DNA from: Naegleria gruberi
Taxonomy: Eukaryota
NCBI GenBank assembly: GCA_000004985.1
Contig: GG738847.1
Strand: one strand, 5' to 3'
DNA: 64,000 nucleotides
Positions 44,801 through 56,800 of this stretch are shown piece by piece; positions within the stretch are counted from its first letter, which is position 1; each line of letters opens with the position of its first letter. Made by a program: the position numbers and the translations under genes. The notes under the pieces were generated by a model that did no database searches, was not told the DNA's origin, and saw only the letters and a list, made by a program, of their open reading frames with translations.

Positions 44801-47800
44801 NNNNNNNNNNNNNNNNNNNNNNNNNNNNNNNNNNNNNNNNNNNNNNNNNNNNNNNNNNNNNNNNNNNNNNNNNNNNNNNNNNNNNNNNNNNNNNNNNNNN
44901 NNNNNNNNNNNNNNNNNNNNNNNNNNNNNNNNNNNNNNNNNNNNNNNNNNNNNNNNNNNNNNNNNNNNNNNNNNNNNNNNNNNNNNNNNNNNNNNNNNNN
45001 NNNNNNNNNNNNNNNNNNNNNNNNNNNNNNNNNNNNNNNNNNNNNNNNNNNNNNNNNNNNNNNNNNNNNNNNNNNNNNNNNNNNNNNNNNNNNNNNNNNN
45101 NNNNNNNNNNNNNNNNNNNNNNNNNNNNNNNNNNNNNNNNNNNNNNNNNNNNNNNNNNNNNNNNNNNNNNNNNNNNNNNNNNNNNNNNNNNNNNNNNNNN
45201 NNNNNNNNNNNNNNNNNNNNNNNNNNNNNNNNNNNNNNNNNNNNNNNNNNNNNNNNNNNNNNNNNNNNNNNNNNNNNNNNNNNNNNNNNNNNNNNNNNNN
45301 NNNNNNNNNNNNNNNNNNNNNNNNNNNNNNNNNNNNNNNNNNNNNNNNNNNNNNNNNNNNNNNNNNNNNNNNNNNNNNNNNNNNNNNNNNNNNNNNNNNN
45401 NNNNNNNNNNNNNNNNNNNNNNNNNNNNNNNNNNNNNNNNNNNNNNNNNNNNNNNNNNNNNNNNNNNNNNNNNNNNNNNNNNNNNNNNNNNNNNNNNNNN
45501 NNNNNNNNNNNNNNNNNNNNNNNNNNNNNNNNNNNNNNNNNNNNNNNNNNNNNNNNNNNNNNNNNNNNNNNNNNNNNNNNNNNNNNNNNNNNNNNNNNNN
45601 NNNNNNNNNNNNNNNNNNNNNNNNNNNNNNNNNNNNNNNNNNNNNNNNNNNNNNNNNNNNNNNNNNNNNNNNNNNNNNNNNNNNNNNNNNNNNNNNNNNN
45701 NNNNNNNNNNNNNNNNNNNNNNNNNNNNNNNNNNNNNNNNNNNNNNNNNNNNNNNNNNNNNNNNNNNNNNNNNNNNNNNNNNNNNNNNNNNNNNNNNNNN
45801 NNNNNNNNNNNNNNNNNNNNNNNNNNNNNNNNNNNNNNNNNNNNNNNNNNNNNNNNNNNNNNNNNNNNNNNNNNNNNNNNNNNNNNNNNNNNNNNNNNNN
45901 NNNNNNNNNNNNNNNNNNNNNNNNNNNNNNNNNNNNNNNNNNNNNNNNNNNNNNNNNNNNNNNNNNNNNNNNNNNNNNNNNNNNNNNNNNNNNNNNNNNN
46001 NNNNNNNNNNNNNNNNNNNNNNNNNNNNNNNNNNNNNNNNNNNNNNNNNNNNNNNNNNNNNNNNNNNNNNNNNNNNNNNNNNNNNNNNNNNNNNNNNNNN
46101 NNNNNNNNNNNNNNNNNNNNNNNNNNNNNNNNNNNNNNNNNNNNNNNNNNNNNNNNNNNNNNNNNNNNNNNNNNNNNNNNNNNNNNNNNNNNNNNNNNNN
46201 NNNNNNNNNNNNNNNNNNNNNNNNNNNNNNNNNNNNNNNNNNNNNNNNNNNNNNNNNNNNNNNNNNNNNNNNNNNNNNNNNNNNNNNNNNNNNNNNNNNN
46301 NNNNNNNNNNNNNNNNNNNNNNNNNNNNNNNNNNNNNNNNNNNNNNNNNNNNNNNNNNNNNNNNNNNNNNNNNNNNNNNNNNNNNNNNNNNNNNNNNNNN
46401 NNNNNNNNNNNNNNNNNNNNNNNNNNNNNNNNNNNNNNNNNNNNNNNNNNNNNNNNNNNNNNNNNNNNNNNNNNNNNNNNNNNNNNNNNNNNNNNNNNNN
46501 NNNNNNNNNNNNNNNNNNNNNNNNNNNNNNNNNNNNNNNNNNNNNNNNNNNNNNNNNNNNNNNNNNNNNNNNNNNNNNNNNNNNNNNNNNNNNNNNNNNN
46601 NNNNNNNNNNNNNNNNNNNNNNNNNNNNNNNNNNNNNNNNNNNNNNNNNNNNNNNNNNNNNNNNNNNNNNNNNNNNNNNNNNNNNNNNNNNNNNNNNNNN
46701 NNNNNNNNNNNNNNNNNNNNNNNNNNNNNNNNNNNNNNNNNNNNNNNNNNNNNNNNNNNNNNNNNNNNNNNNNNNNNNNNNNNNNNNNNNNNNNNNNNNN
46801 NNNNNNNNNNNNNNNNNNNNNNNNNNNNNNNNNNNNNNNNNNNNNNNNNNNNNNNNNNNNNNNNNNNNNNNNNNNNNNNNNNNNNNNNNNNNNNNNNNNN
46901 NNNNNNNNNNNNNNNNNNNNNNNNNNNNNNNNNNNNNNNNNNNNNNNNNNNNNNNNNNNNNNNNNNNNNNNNNNNNNNNNNNNNNNNNNNNNNNNNNNNN
47001 NNNNNNNNNNNNNNNNNNNNNNNNNNNNNNNNNNNNNNNNNNNNNNNNNNNNNNNNNNNNNNNNNNNNNNNNNNNNNNNNNNNNNNNNNNNNNNNNNNNN
47101 NNNNNNNNNNNNNNNNNNNNNNNNNNNNNNNNNNNNNNNNNNNNNNNNNNNNNNNNNNNNNNNNNNNNNNNNNNNNNNNNNNNNNNNNNNNNNNNNNNNN
47201 NNNNNNNNNNNNNNNNNNNNNNNNNNNNNNNNNNNNNNNNNNNNNNNNNNNNNNNNNNNNNNNNNNNNNNNNNNNNNNNNNNNNNNNNNNNNNNNNNNNN
47301 NNNNNNNNNNNNNNNNNNNNNNNNNNNNNNNNNNNNNNNNNNNNNNNNNNNNNNNNNNNNNNNNNNNNNNNNNNNNNNNNNNNNNNNNNNNNNNNNNNNN
47401 NNNNNNNNNNNNNNNNNNNNNNNNNNNNNNNNNNNNNNNNNNNNNNNNNNNNNNNNNNNNNNNNNNNNNNNNNNNNNNNNNNNNNNNNNNNNNNNNNNNN
47501 NNNNNNNNNNNNNNNNNNNNNNNNNNNNNNNNNNNNNNNNNNNNNNNNNNNNNNNNNNNNNNNNNNNNNNNNNNNNNNNNNNNNNNNNNNNNNNNNNNNN
47601 NNNNNNNNNNNNNNNNNNNNNNNNNNNNNNNNNNNNNNNNNNNNNNNNNNNNNNNNNNNNNNNNNNNNNNNNNNNNNNNNNNNNNNNNNNNNNNNNNNNN
47701 NNNNNNNNNNNNNNNNNNNNNNNNNNNNNNNNNNNNNNNNNNNNNNNNNNNNNNNNNNNNNNNNNNNNNNNNNNNNNNNNNNNNNNNNNNNNNNNNNNNN

Positions 47801-50800
47801 NNNNNNNNNNNNNNNNNNNNNNNNNNNNNNNNNNNNNNNNNNNNNNNNNNNNNNNNNNNNNNNNNNNNNNNNNNNNNNNNNNNNNNNNNNNNNNNNNNNN
47901 NNNNNNNNNNNNNNNNNNNNNNNNNNNNNNNNNNNNNNNNNNNNNNNNNNNNNNNNNNNNNNNNNNNNNNNNNNNNNNNNNNNNNNNNNNNNNNNNNNNN
48001 NNNNNNNNNNNNNNNNNNNNNNNNNNNNNNNNNNNNNNNNNNNNNNNNNNNNNNNNNNNNNNNNNNNNNNNNNNNNNNNNNNNNNNNNNNNNNNNNNNNN
48101 NNNNNNNNNNNNNNNNNNNNNNNNNNNNNNNNNNNNNNNNNNNNNNNNNNNNNNNNNNNNNNNNNNNNNNNNNNNNNNNNNNNNNNNNNNNNNNNNNNNN
48201 NNNNNNNNNNNNNNNNNNNNNNNNNNNNNNNNNNNNNNNNNNNNNNNNNNNNNNNNNNNNNNNNNNNNNNNNNNNNNNNNNNNNNNNNNNNNNNNNNNNN
48301 NNNNNNNNNNNNNNNNNNNNNNNNNNNNNNNNNNNNNNNNNNNNNNNNNNNNNNNNNNNNNNNNNNNNNNNNNNNNNNNNNNNNNNNNNNNNNNNNNNNN
48401 NNNNNNNNNNNNNNNNNNNNNNNNNNNNNNNNNNNNNNNNNNNNNNNNNNNNNNNNNNNNNNNNNNNNNNNNNNNNNNNNNNNNNNNNNNNNNNNNNNNN
48501 NNNNNNNNNNNNNNNNNNNNNNNNNNNNNNNNNNNNNNNNNNNNNNNNNNNNNNNNNNNNNNNNNNNNNNNNNNNNNNNNNNNNNNNNNNNNNNNNNNNN
48601 NNNNNNNNNNNNNNNNNNNNNNNNNNNNNNNNNNNNNNNNNNNNNNNNNNNNNNNNNNNNNNNNNNNNNNNNNNNNNNNNNNNNNNNNNNNNNNNNNNNN
48701 NNNNNNNNNNNNNNNNNNNNNNNNNNNNNNNNNNNNNNNNNNNNNNNNNNNNNNNNNNNNNNNNNNNNNNNNNNNNNNNNNNNNNNNNNNNNNNNNNNNN
48801 NNNNNNNNNNNNNNNNNNNNNNNNNNNNNNNNNNNNNNNNNNNNNNNNNNNNNNNNNNNNNNNNNNNNNNNNNNNNNNNNNNNNNNNNNNNNNNNNNNNN
48901 NNNNNNNNNNNNNNNNNNNNNNNNNNNNNNNNNNNNNNNNNNNNNNNNNNNNNNNNNNNNNNNNNNNNNNNNNNNNNNNNNNNNNNNNNNNNNNNNNNNN
49001 NNNNNNNNNNNNNNNNNNNNNNNNNNNNNNNNNNNNNNNNNNNNNNNNNNNNNNNNNNNNNNNNNNNNNNNNNNNNNNNNNNNNNNNNNNNNNNNNNNNN
49101 NNNNNNNNNNNNNNNNNNNNNNNNNNNNNNNNNNNNNNNNNNNNNNNNNNNNNNNNNNNNNNNNNNNNNNNNNNNNNNNNNNNNNNNNNNNNNNNNNNNN
49201 NNNNNNNNNNNNNNNNNNNNNNNNNNNNNNNNNNNNNNNNNNNNNNNNNNNNNNNNNNNNNNNNNNNNNNNNNNNNNNNNNNNNNNNNNNNNNNNNNNNN
49301 NNNNNNNNNNNNNNNNNNNNNNNNNNNNNNNNNNNNNNNNNNNNNNNNNNNNNNNNNNNNNNNNNNNNNNNNNNNNNNNNNNNNNNNNNNNNNNNNNNNN
49401 NNNNNNNNNNNNNNNNNNNNNNNNNNNNNNNNNNNNNNNNNNNNNNNNNNNNNNNNNNNNNNNNNNNNNNNNNNNNNNNNNNNNNNNNNNNNNNNNNNNN
49501 NNNNNNNNNNNNNNNNNNNNNNNNNNNNNNNNNNNNNNNNNNNNNNNNNNNNNNNNNNNNNNNNNNNNNNNNNNNNNNNNNNNNNNNNNNNNNNNNNNNN
49601 NNNNNNNNNNNNNNNNNNNNNNNNNNNNNNNNNNNNNNNNNNNNNNNNNNNNNNNNNNNNNNNNNNNNNNNNNNNNNNNNNNNNNNNNNNNNNNNNNNNN
49701 NNNNNNNNNNNNNNNNNNNNNNNNNNNNNNNNNNNNNNNNNNNNNNNNNNNNNNNNNNNNNNNNNNNNNNNNNNNNNNNNNNNNNNNNNNNNNNNNNNNN
49801 NNNNNNNNNNNNNNNNNNNNNNNNNNNNNNNNNNNNNNNNNNNNNNNNNNNNNNNNNNNNNNNNNNNNNNNNNNNNNNNNNNNNNNNNNNNNNNNNNNNN
49901 NNNNNNNNNNNNNNNNNNNNNNNNNNNNNNNNNNNNNNNNNNNNNNNNNNNNNNNNNNNNNNNNNNNNNNNNNNNNNNNNNNNNNNNNNNNNNNNNNNNN
50001 NNNNNNNNNNNNNNNNNNNNNNNNNNNNNNNNNNNNNNNNNNNNNNNNNNNNNNNNNNNNNNNNNNNNNNNNNNNNNNNNNNNNNNNNNNNNNNNNNNNN
50101 NNNNNNNNNNNNNNNNNNNNNNNNNNNNNNNNNNNNNNNNNNNNNNNNNNNNNNNNNNNNNNNNNNNNNNNNNNNNNNNNNNNNNNNNNNNNNNNNNNNN
50201 NNNNNNNNNNNNNNNNNNNNNNNNNNNNNNNNNNNNNNNNNNNNNNNNNNNNNNNNNNNNNNNNNNNNNNNNNNNNNNNNNNNNNNNNNNNNNNNNNNNN
50301 NNNNNNNNNNNNNNNNNNNNNNNNNNNNNNNNNNNNNNNNNNNNNNNNNNNNNNNNNNNNNNNNNNNNNNNNNNNNNNNNNNNNNNNNNNNNNNNNNNNN
50401 NNNNNNNNNNNNNNNNNNNNNNNNNNNNNNNNNNNNNNNNNNNNNNNNNNNNNNNNNNNNNNNNNNNNNNNNNNNNNNNNNNNNNNNNNNNNNNNNNNNN
50501 NNNNNNNNNNNNNNNNNNNNNNNNNNNNNNNNNNNNNNNNNNNNNNNNNNNNNNNNNNNNNNNNNNNNNNNNNNNNNNNNNNNNNNNNNNNNNNNNNNNN
50601 NNNNNNNNNNNNNNNNNNNNNNNNNNNNNNNNNNNNNNNNNNNNNNNNNNNNNNNNNNNNNNNNNNNNNNNNNNNNNNNNNNNNNNNNNNNNNNNNNNNN
50701 NNNNNNNNNNNNNNNNNNNNNNNNNNNNNNNNNNNNNNNNNNNNNNNNNNNNNNNNNNNNNNNNNNNNNNNNNNNNNNNNNNNNNNNNNNNNNNNNNNNN

Positions 50801-53800
50801 NNNNNNNNNNNNNNNNNNNNNNNNNNNNNNNNNNNNNNNNNNNNNNNNNNNNNNNNNNNNNNNNNNNNNNNNNNNNNNNNNNNNNNNNNNNNNNNNNNNN
50901 NNNNNNNNNNNNNNNNNNNNNNNNNNNNNNNNNNNNNNNNNNNNNNNNNNNNNNNNNNNNNNNNNNNNNNNNNNNNNNNNNNNNNNNNNNNNNNNNNNNN
51001 NNNNNNNNNNNNNNNNNNNNNNNNNNNNNNNNNNNNNNNNNNNNNNNNNNNNNNNNNNNNNNNNNNNNNNNNNNNNNNNNNNNNNNNNNNNNNNNNNNNN
51101 NNNNNNNNNNNNNNNNNNNNNNNNNNNNNNNNNNNNNNNNNNNNNNNNNNNNNNNNNNNNNNNNNNNNNNNNNNNNNNNNNNNNNNNNNNNNNNNNNNNN
51201 NNNNNNNNNNNNNNNNNNNNNNNNNNNNNNNNNNNNNNNNNNNNNNNNNNNNNNNNNNNNNNNNNNNNNNNNNNNNNNNNNNNNNNNNNNNNNNNNNNNN
51301 NNNNNNNNNNNNNNNNNNNNNNNNNNNNNNNNNNNNNNNNNNNNNNNNNNNNNNNNNNNNNNNNNNNNNNNNNNNNNNNNNNNNNNNNNNNNNNNNNNNN
51401 NNNNNNNNNNNNNNNNNNNNNNNNNNNNNNNNNNNNNNNNNNNNNNNNNNNNNNNNNNNNNNNNNNNNNNNNNNNNNNNNNNNNNNNNNNNNNNNNNNNN
51501 NNNNNNNNNNNNNNNNNNNNNNNNNNNNNNNNNNNNNNNNNNNNNNNNNNNNNNNNNNNNNNNNNNNNNNNNNNNNNNNNNNNNNNNNNNNNNNNNNNNN
51601 NNNNNNNNNNNNNNNNNNNNNNNNNNNNNNNNNNNNNNNNNNNNNNNNNNNNNNNNNNNNNNNNNNNNNNNNNNNNNNNNNNNNNNNNNNNNNNNNNNNN
51701 NNNNNNNNNNNNNNNNNNNNNNNNNNNNNNNNNNNNNNNNNNNNNNNNNNNNNNNNNNNNNNNNNNNNNNNNNNNNNNNNNNNNNNNNNNNNNNNNNNNN
51801 NNNNNNNNNNNNNNNNNNNNNNNNNNNNNNNNNNNNNNNNNNNNNNNNNNNNNNNNNNNNNNNNNNNNNNNNNNNNNNNNNNNNNNNNNNNNNNNNNNNN
51901 NNNNNNNNNNNNNNNNNNNNNNNNNNNNNNNNNNNNNNNNNNNNNNNNNNNNNNNNNNNNNNNNNNNNNNNNNNNNNNNNNNNNNNNNNNNNNNNNNNNN
52001 NNNNNNNNNNNNNNNNNNNNNNNNNNNNNNNNNNNNNNNNNNNNNNNNNNNNNNNNNNNNNNNNNNNNNNNNNNNNNNNNNNNNNNNNNNNNNNNNNNNN
52101 NNNNNNNNNNNNNNNNNNNNNNNNNNNNNNNNNNNNNNNNNNNNNNNNNNNNNNNNNNNNNNNNNNNNNNNNNNNNNNNNNNNNNNNNNNNNNNNNNNNN
52201 NNNNNNNNNNNNNNNNNNNNNNNNNNNNNNNNNNNNNNNNNNNNNNNNNNNNNNNNNNNNNNNNNNNNNNNNNNNNNNNNNNNNNNNNNNNNNNNNNNNN
52301 NNNNNNNNNNNNNNNNNNNNNNNNNNNNNNNNNNNNNNNNNNNNNNNNNNNNNNNNNNNNNNNNNNNNNNNNNNNNNNNNNNNNNNNNNNNNNNNNNNNN
52401 NNNNNNNNNNNNNNNNNNNNNNNNNNNNNNNNNNNNNNNNNNNNNNNNNNNNNNNNNNNNNNNNNNNNNNNNNNNNNNNNNNNNNNNNNNNNNNNNNNNN
52501 NNNNNNNNNNNNNNNNNNNNNNNNNNNNNNNNNNNNNNNNNNNNNNNNNNNNNNNNNNNNNNNNNNNNNNNNNNNNNNNNNNNNNNNNNNNNNNNNNNNN
52601 NNNNNNNNNNNNNNNNNNNNNNNNNNNNNNNNNNNNNNNNNNNNNNNNNNNNNNNNNNNNNNNNNNNNNNNNNNNNNNNNNNNNNNNNNNNNNNNNNNNN
52701 NNNNNNNNNNNNNNNNNNNNNNNNNNNNNNNNNNNNNNNNNNNNNNNNNNNNNNNNNNNNNNNNNNNNNNNNNNNNNNNNNNNNNNNNNNNNNNNNNNNN
52801 NNNNNNNNNNNNNNNNNNNNNNNNNNNNNNNNNNNNNNNNNNNNNNNNNNNNNNNNNNNNNNNNNNNNNNNNNNNNNNNNNNNNNNNNNNNNNNNNNNNN
52901 NNNNNNNNNNNNNNNNNNNNNNNNNNNNNNNNNNNNNNNNNNNNNNNNNNNNNNNNNNNNNNNNNNNNNNNNNNNNNNNNNNNNNNNNNNNNNNNNNNNN
53001 NNNNNNNNNNNNNNNNNNNNNNNNNNNNNNNNNNNNNNNNNNNNNNNNNNNNNNNNNNNNNNNNNNNNNNNNNNNNNNNNNNNNNNNNNNNNNNNNNNNN
53101 NNNNNNNNNNNNNNNNNNNNNNNNNNNNNNNNNNNNNNNNNNNNNNNNNNNNNNNNNNNNNNNNNNNNNNNNNNNNNNNNNNNNNNNNNNNNNNNNNNNN
53201 NNNNNNNNNNNNNNNNNNNNNNNNNNNNNNNNNNNNNNNNNNNNNNNNNNNNNNNNNNNNNNNNNNNNNNNNNNNNNNNNNNNNNNNNNNNNNNNNNNNN
53301 NNNNNNNNNNNNNNNNNNNNNNNNNNNNNNNNNNNNNNNNNNNNNNNNNNNNNNNNNNNNNNNNNNNNNNNNNNNNNNNNNNNNNNNNNNNNNNNNNNNN
53401 NNNNNNNNNNNNNNNNNNNNNNNNNNNNNNNNNNNNNNNNNNNNNNNNNNNNNNNNNNNNNNNNNNNNNNNNNNNNNNNNNNNNNNNNNNNNNNNNNNNN
53501 NNNNNNNNNNNNNNNNNNNNNNNNNNNNNNNNNNNNNNNNNNNNNNNNNNNNNNNNNNNNNNNNNNNNNNNNNNNNNNNNNNNNNNNNNNNNNNNNNNNN
53601 NNNNNNNNNNNNNNNNNNNNNNNNNNNNNNNNNNNNNNNNNNNNNNNNNNNNNNNNNNNNNNNNNNNNNNNNNNNNNNNNNNNNNNNNNNNNNNNNNNNN
53701 NNNNNNNNNNNNNNNNNNNNNNNNNNNNNNNNNNNNNNNNNNNNNNNNNNNNNNNNNNNNNNNNNNNNNNNNNNNNNNNNNNNNNNNNNNNNNNNNNNNN

Positions 53801-56800
53801 NNNNNNNNNNNNNNNNNNNNNNNNNNNNNNNNNNNNNNNNNNNNNNNNNNNNNNNNNNNNNNNNNNNNNNNNNNNNNNNNNNNNNNNNNNNNNNNNNNNN
53901 NNNNNNNNNNNNNNNNNNNNNNNNNNNNNNNNNNNNNNNNNNNNNNNNNNNNNNNNNNNNNNNNNNNNNNNNNNNNNNNNNNNNNNNNNNNNNNNNNNNN
54001 NNNNNNNNNNNNNNNNNNNNNNNNNNNNNNNNNNNNNNNNNNNNNNNNNNNNNNNNNNNNNNNNNNNNNNNNNNNNNNNNNNNNNNNNNNNNNNNNNNNN
54101 NNNNNNNNNNNNNNNNNNNNNNNNNNNNNNNNNNNNNNNNNNNNNNNNNNNNNNNNNNNNNNNNNNNNNNNNNNNNNNNNNNNNNNNNNNNNNNNNNNNN
54201 NNNNNNNNNNNNNNNNNNNNNNNNNNNNNNNNNNNNNNNNNNNNNNNNNNNNNNNNNNNNNNNNNNNNNNNNNNNNNNNNNNNNNNNNNNNNNNNNNNNN
54301 NNNNNNNNNNNNNNNNNNNNNNNNNNNNNNNNNNNNNNNNNNNNNNNNNNNNNNNNNNNNNNNNNNNNNNNNNNNNNNNNNNNNNNNNNNNNNNNNNNNN
54401 NNNNNNNNNNNNNNNNNNNNNNNNNNNNNNNNNNNNNNNNNNNNNNNNNNNNNNNNNNNNNNNNNNNNNNNNNNNNNNNNNNNNNNNNNNNNNNNNNNNN
54501 NNNNNNNNNNNNNNNNNNNNNNNNNNNNNNNNNNNNNNNNNNNNNNNNNNNNNNNNNNNNNNNNNNNNNNNNNNNNNNNNNNNNNNNNNNNNNNNNNNNN
54601 NNNNNNNNNNNNNNNNNNNNNNNNNNNNNNNNNNNNNNNNNNNNNNNNNNNNNNNNNNNNNNNNNNNNNNNNNNNNNNNNNNNNNNNNNNNNNNNNNNNN
54701 NNNNNNNNNNNNNNNNNNNNNNNNNNNNNNNNNNNNNNNNNNNNNNNNNNNNNNNNNNNNNNNNNNNNNNNNNNNNNNNNNNNNNNNNNNNNNNNNNNNN
54801 NNNNNNNNNNNNNNNNNNNNNNNNNNNNNNNNNNNNNNNNNNNNNNNNNNNNNNNNNNNNNNNNNNNNNNNNNNNNNNNNNNNNNNNNNNNNNNNNNNNN
54901 NNNNNNNNNNNNNNNNNNNNNNNNNNNNNNNNNNNNNNNNNNNNNNNNNNNNNNNNNNNNNNNNNNNNNNNNNNNNNNNNNNNNNNNNNNNNNNNNNNNN
55001 NNNNNNNNNNNNNNNNNNNNNNNNNNNNNNNNNNNNNNNNNNNNNNNNNNNNNNNNNNNNNNNNNNNNNNNNNNNNNNNNNNNNNNNNNNNNNNNNNNNN
55101 NNNNNNNNNNNNNNNNNNNNNNNNNNNNNNNNNNNNNNNNNNNNNNNNNNNNNNNNNNNNNNNNNNNNNNNNNNNNNNNNNNNNNNNNNNNNNNNNNNNN
55201 NNNNNNNNNNNNNNNNNNNNNNNNNNNNNNNNNNNNNNNNNNNNNNNNNNNNNNNNNNNNNNNNNNNNNNNNNNNNNNNNNNNNNNNNNNNNNNNNNNNN
55301 NNNNNNNNNNNNNNNNNNNNNNNNNNNNNNNNNNNNNNNNNNNNNNNNNNNNNNNNNNNNNNNNNNNNNNNNNNNNNNNNNNNNNNNNNNNNNNNNNNNN
55401 NNNNNNNNNNNNNNNNNNNNNNNNNNNNNNNNNNNNNNNNNNNNNNNNNNNNNNNNNNNNNNNNNNNNNNNNNNNNNNNNNNNNNNNNNNNNNNNNNNNN
55501 NNNNNNNNNNNNNNNNNNNNNNNNNNNNNNNNNNNNNNNNNNNNNNNNNNNNNNNNNNNNNNNNNNNNNNNNNNNNNNNNNNNNNNNNNNNNNNNNNNNN
55601 NNNNNNNNNNNNNNNNNNNNNNNNNNNNNNNNNNNNNNNNNNNNNNNNNNNNNNNNNNNNNNNNNNNNNNNNNNNNNNNNNNNNNNNNNNNNNNNNNNNN
55701 NNNNNNNNNNNNNNNNNNNNNNNNNNNNNNNNNNNNNNNNNNNNNNNNNNNNNNNNNNNNNNNNNNNNNNNNNNNNNNNNNNNNNNNNNNNNNNNNNNNN
55801 NNNNNNNNNNNNNNNNNNNNNNNNNNNNNNNNNNNNNNNNNNNNNNNNNNNNNNNNNNNNNNNNNNNNNNNNNNNNNNNNNNNNNNNNNNNNNNNNNNNN
55901 NNNNNNNNNNNNNNNNNNNNNNNNNNNNNNNNNNNNNNNNNNNNNNNNNNNNNNNNNNNNNNNNNNNNNNNNNNNNNNNNNNNNNNNNNNNNNNNNNNNN
56001 NNNNNNNNNNNNNNNNNNNNNNNNNNNNNNNNNNNNNNNNNNNNNNNNNNNNNNNNNNNNNNNNNNNNNNNNNNNNNNNNNNNNNNNNNNNNNNNNNNNN
56101 NNNNNNNNNNNNNNNNNNNNNNNNNNNNNNNNNNNNNNNNNNNNNNNNNNNNNNNNNNNNNNNNNNNNNNNNNNNNNNNNNNNNNNNNNNNNNNNNNNNN
56201 NNNNNNNNNNNNNNNNNNNNNNNNNNNNNNNNNNNNNNNNNNNNNNNNNNNNNNNNNNNNNNNNNNNNNNNNNNNNNNNNNNNNNNNNNNNNNNNNNNNN
56301 NNNNNNNNNNNNNNNNNNNNNNNNNNNNNNNNNNNNNNNNNNNNNNNNNNNNNNNNNNNNNNNNNNNNNNNNNNNNNNNNNNNNNNNNNNNNNNNNNNNN
56401 NNNNNNNNNNNNNNNNNNNNNNNNNNNNNNNNNNNNNNNNNNNNNNNNNNNNNNNNNNNNNNNNNNNNNNNNNNNNNNNNNNNNNNNNNNNNNNNNNNNN
56501 NNNNNNNNNNNNNNNNNNNNNNNNNNNNNNNNNNNNNNNNNNNNNNNNNNNNNNNNNNNNNNNNNNNNNNNNNNNNNNNNNNNNNNNNNNNNNNNNNNNN
56601 NNNNNNNNNNNNNNNNNNNNNNNNNNNNNNNNNNNNNNNNNNNNNNNNNNNNNNNNNNNNNNNNNNNNNNNNNNNNNNNNNNNNNNNNNNNNNNNNNNNN
56701 NNNNNNNNNNNNNNNNNNNNNNNNNNNNNNNNNNNNNNNNNNNNNNNNNNNNNNNNNNNNNNNNNNNNNNNNNNNNNNNNNNNNNNNNNNNNNNNNNNNN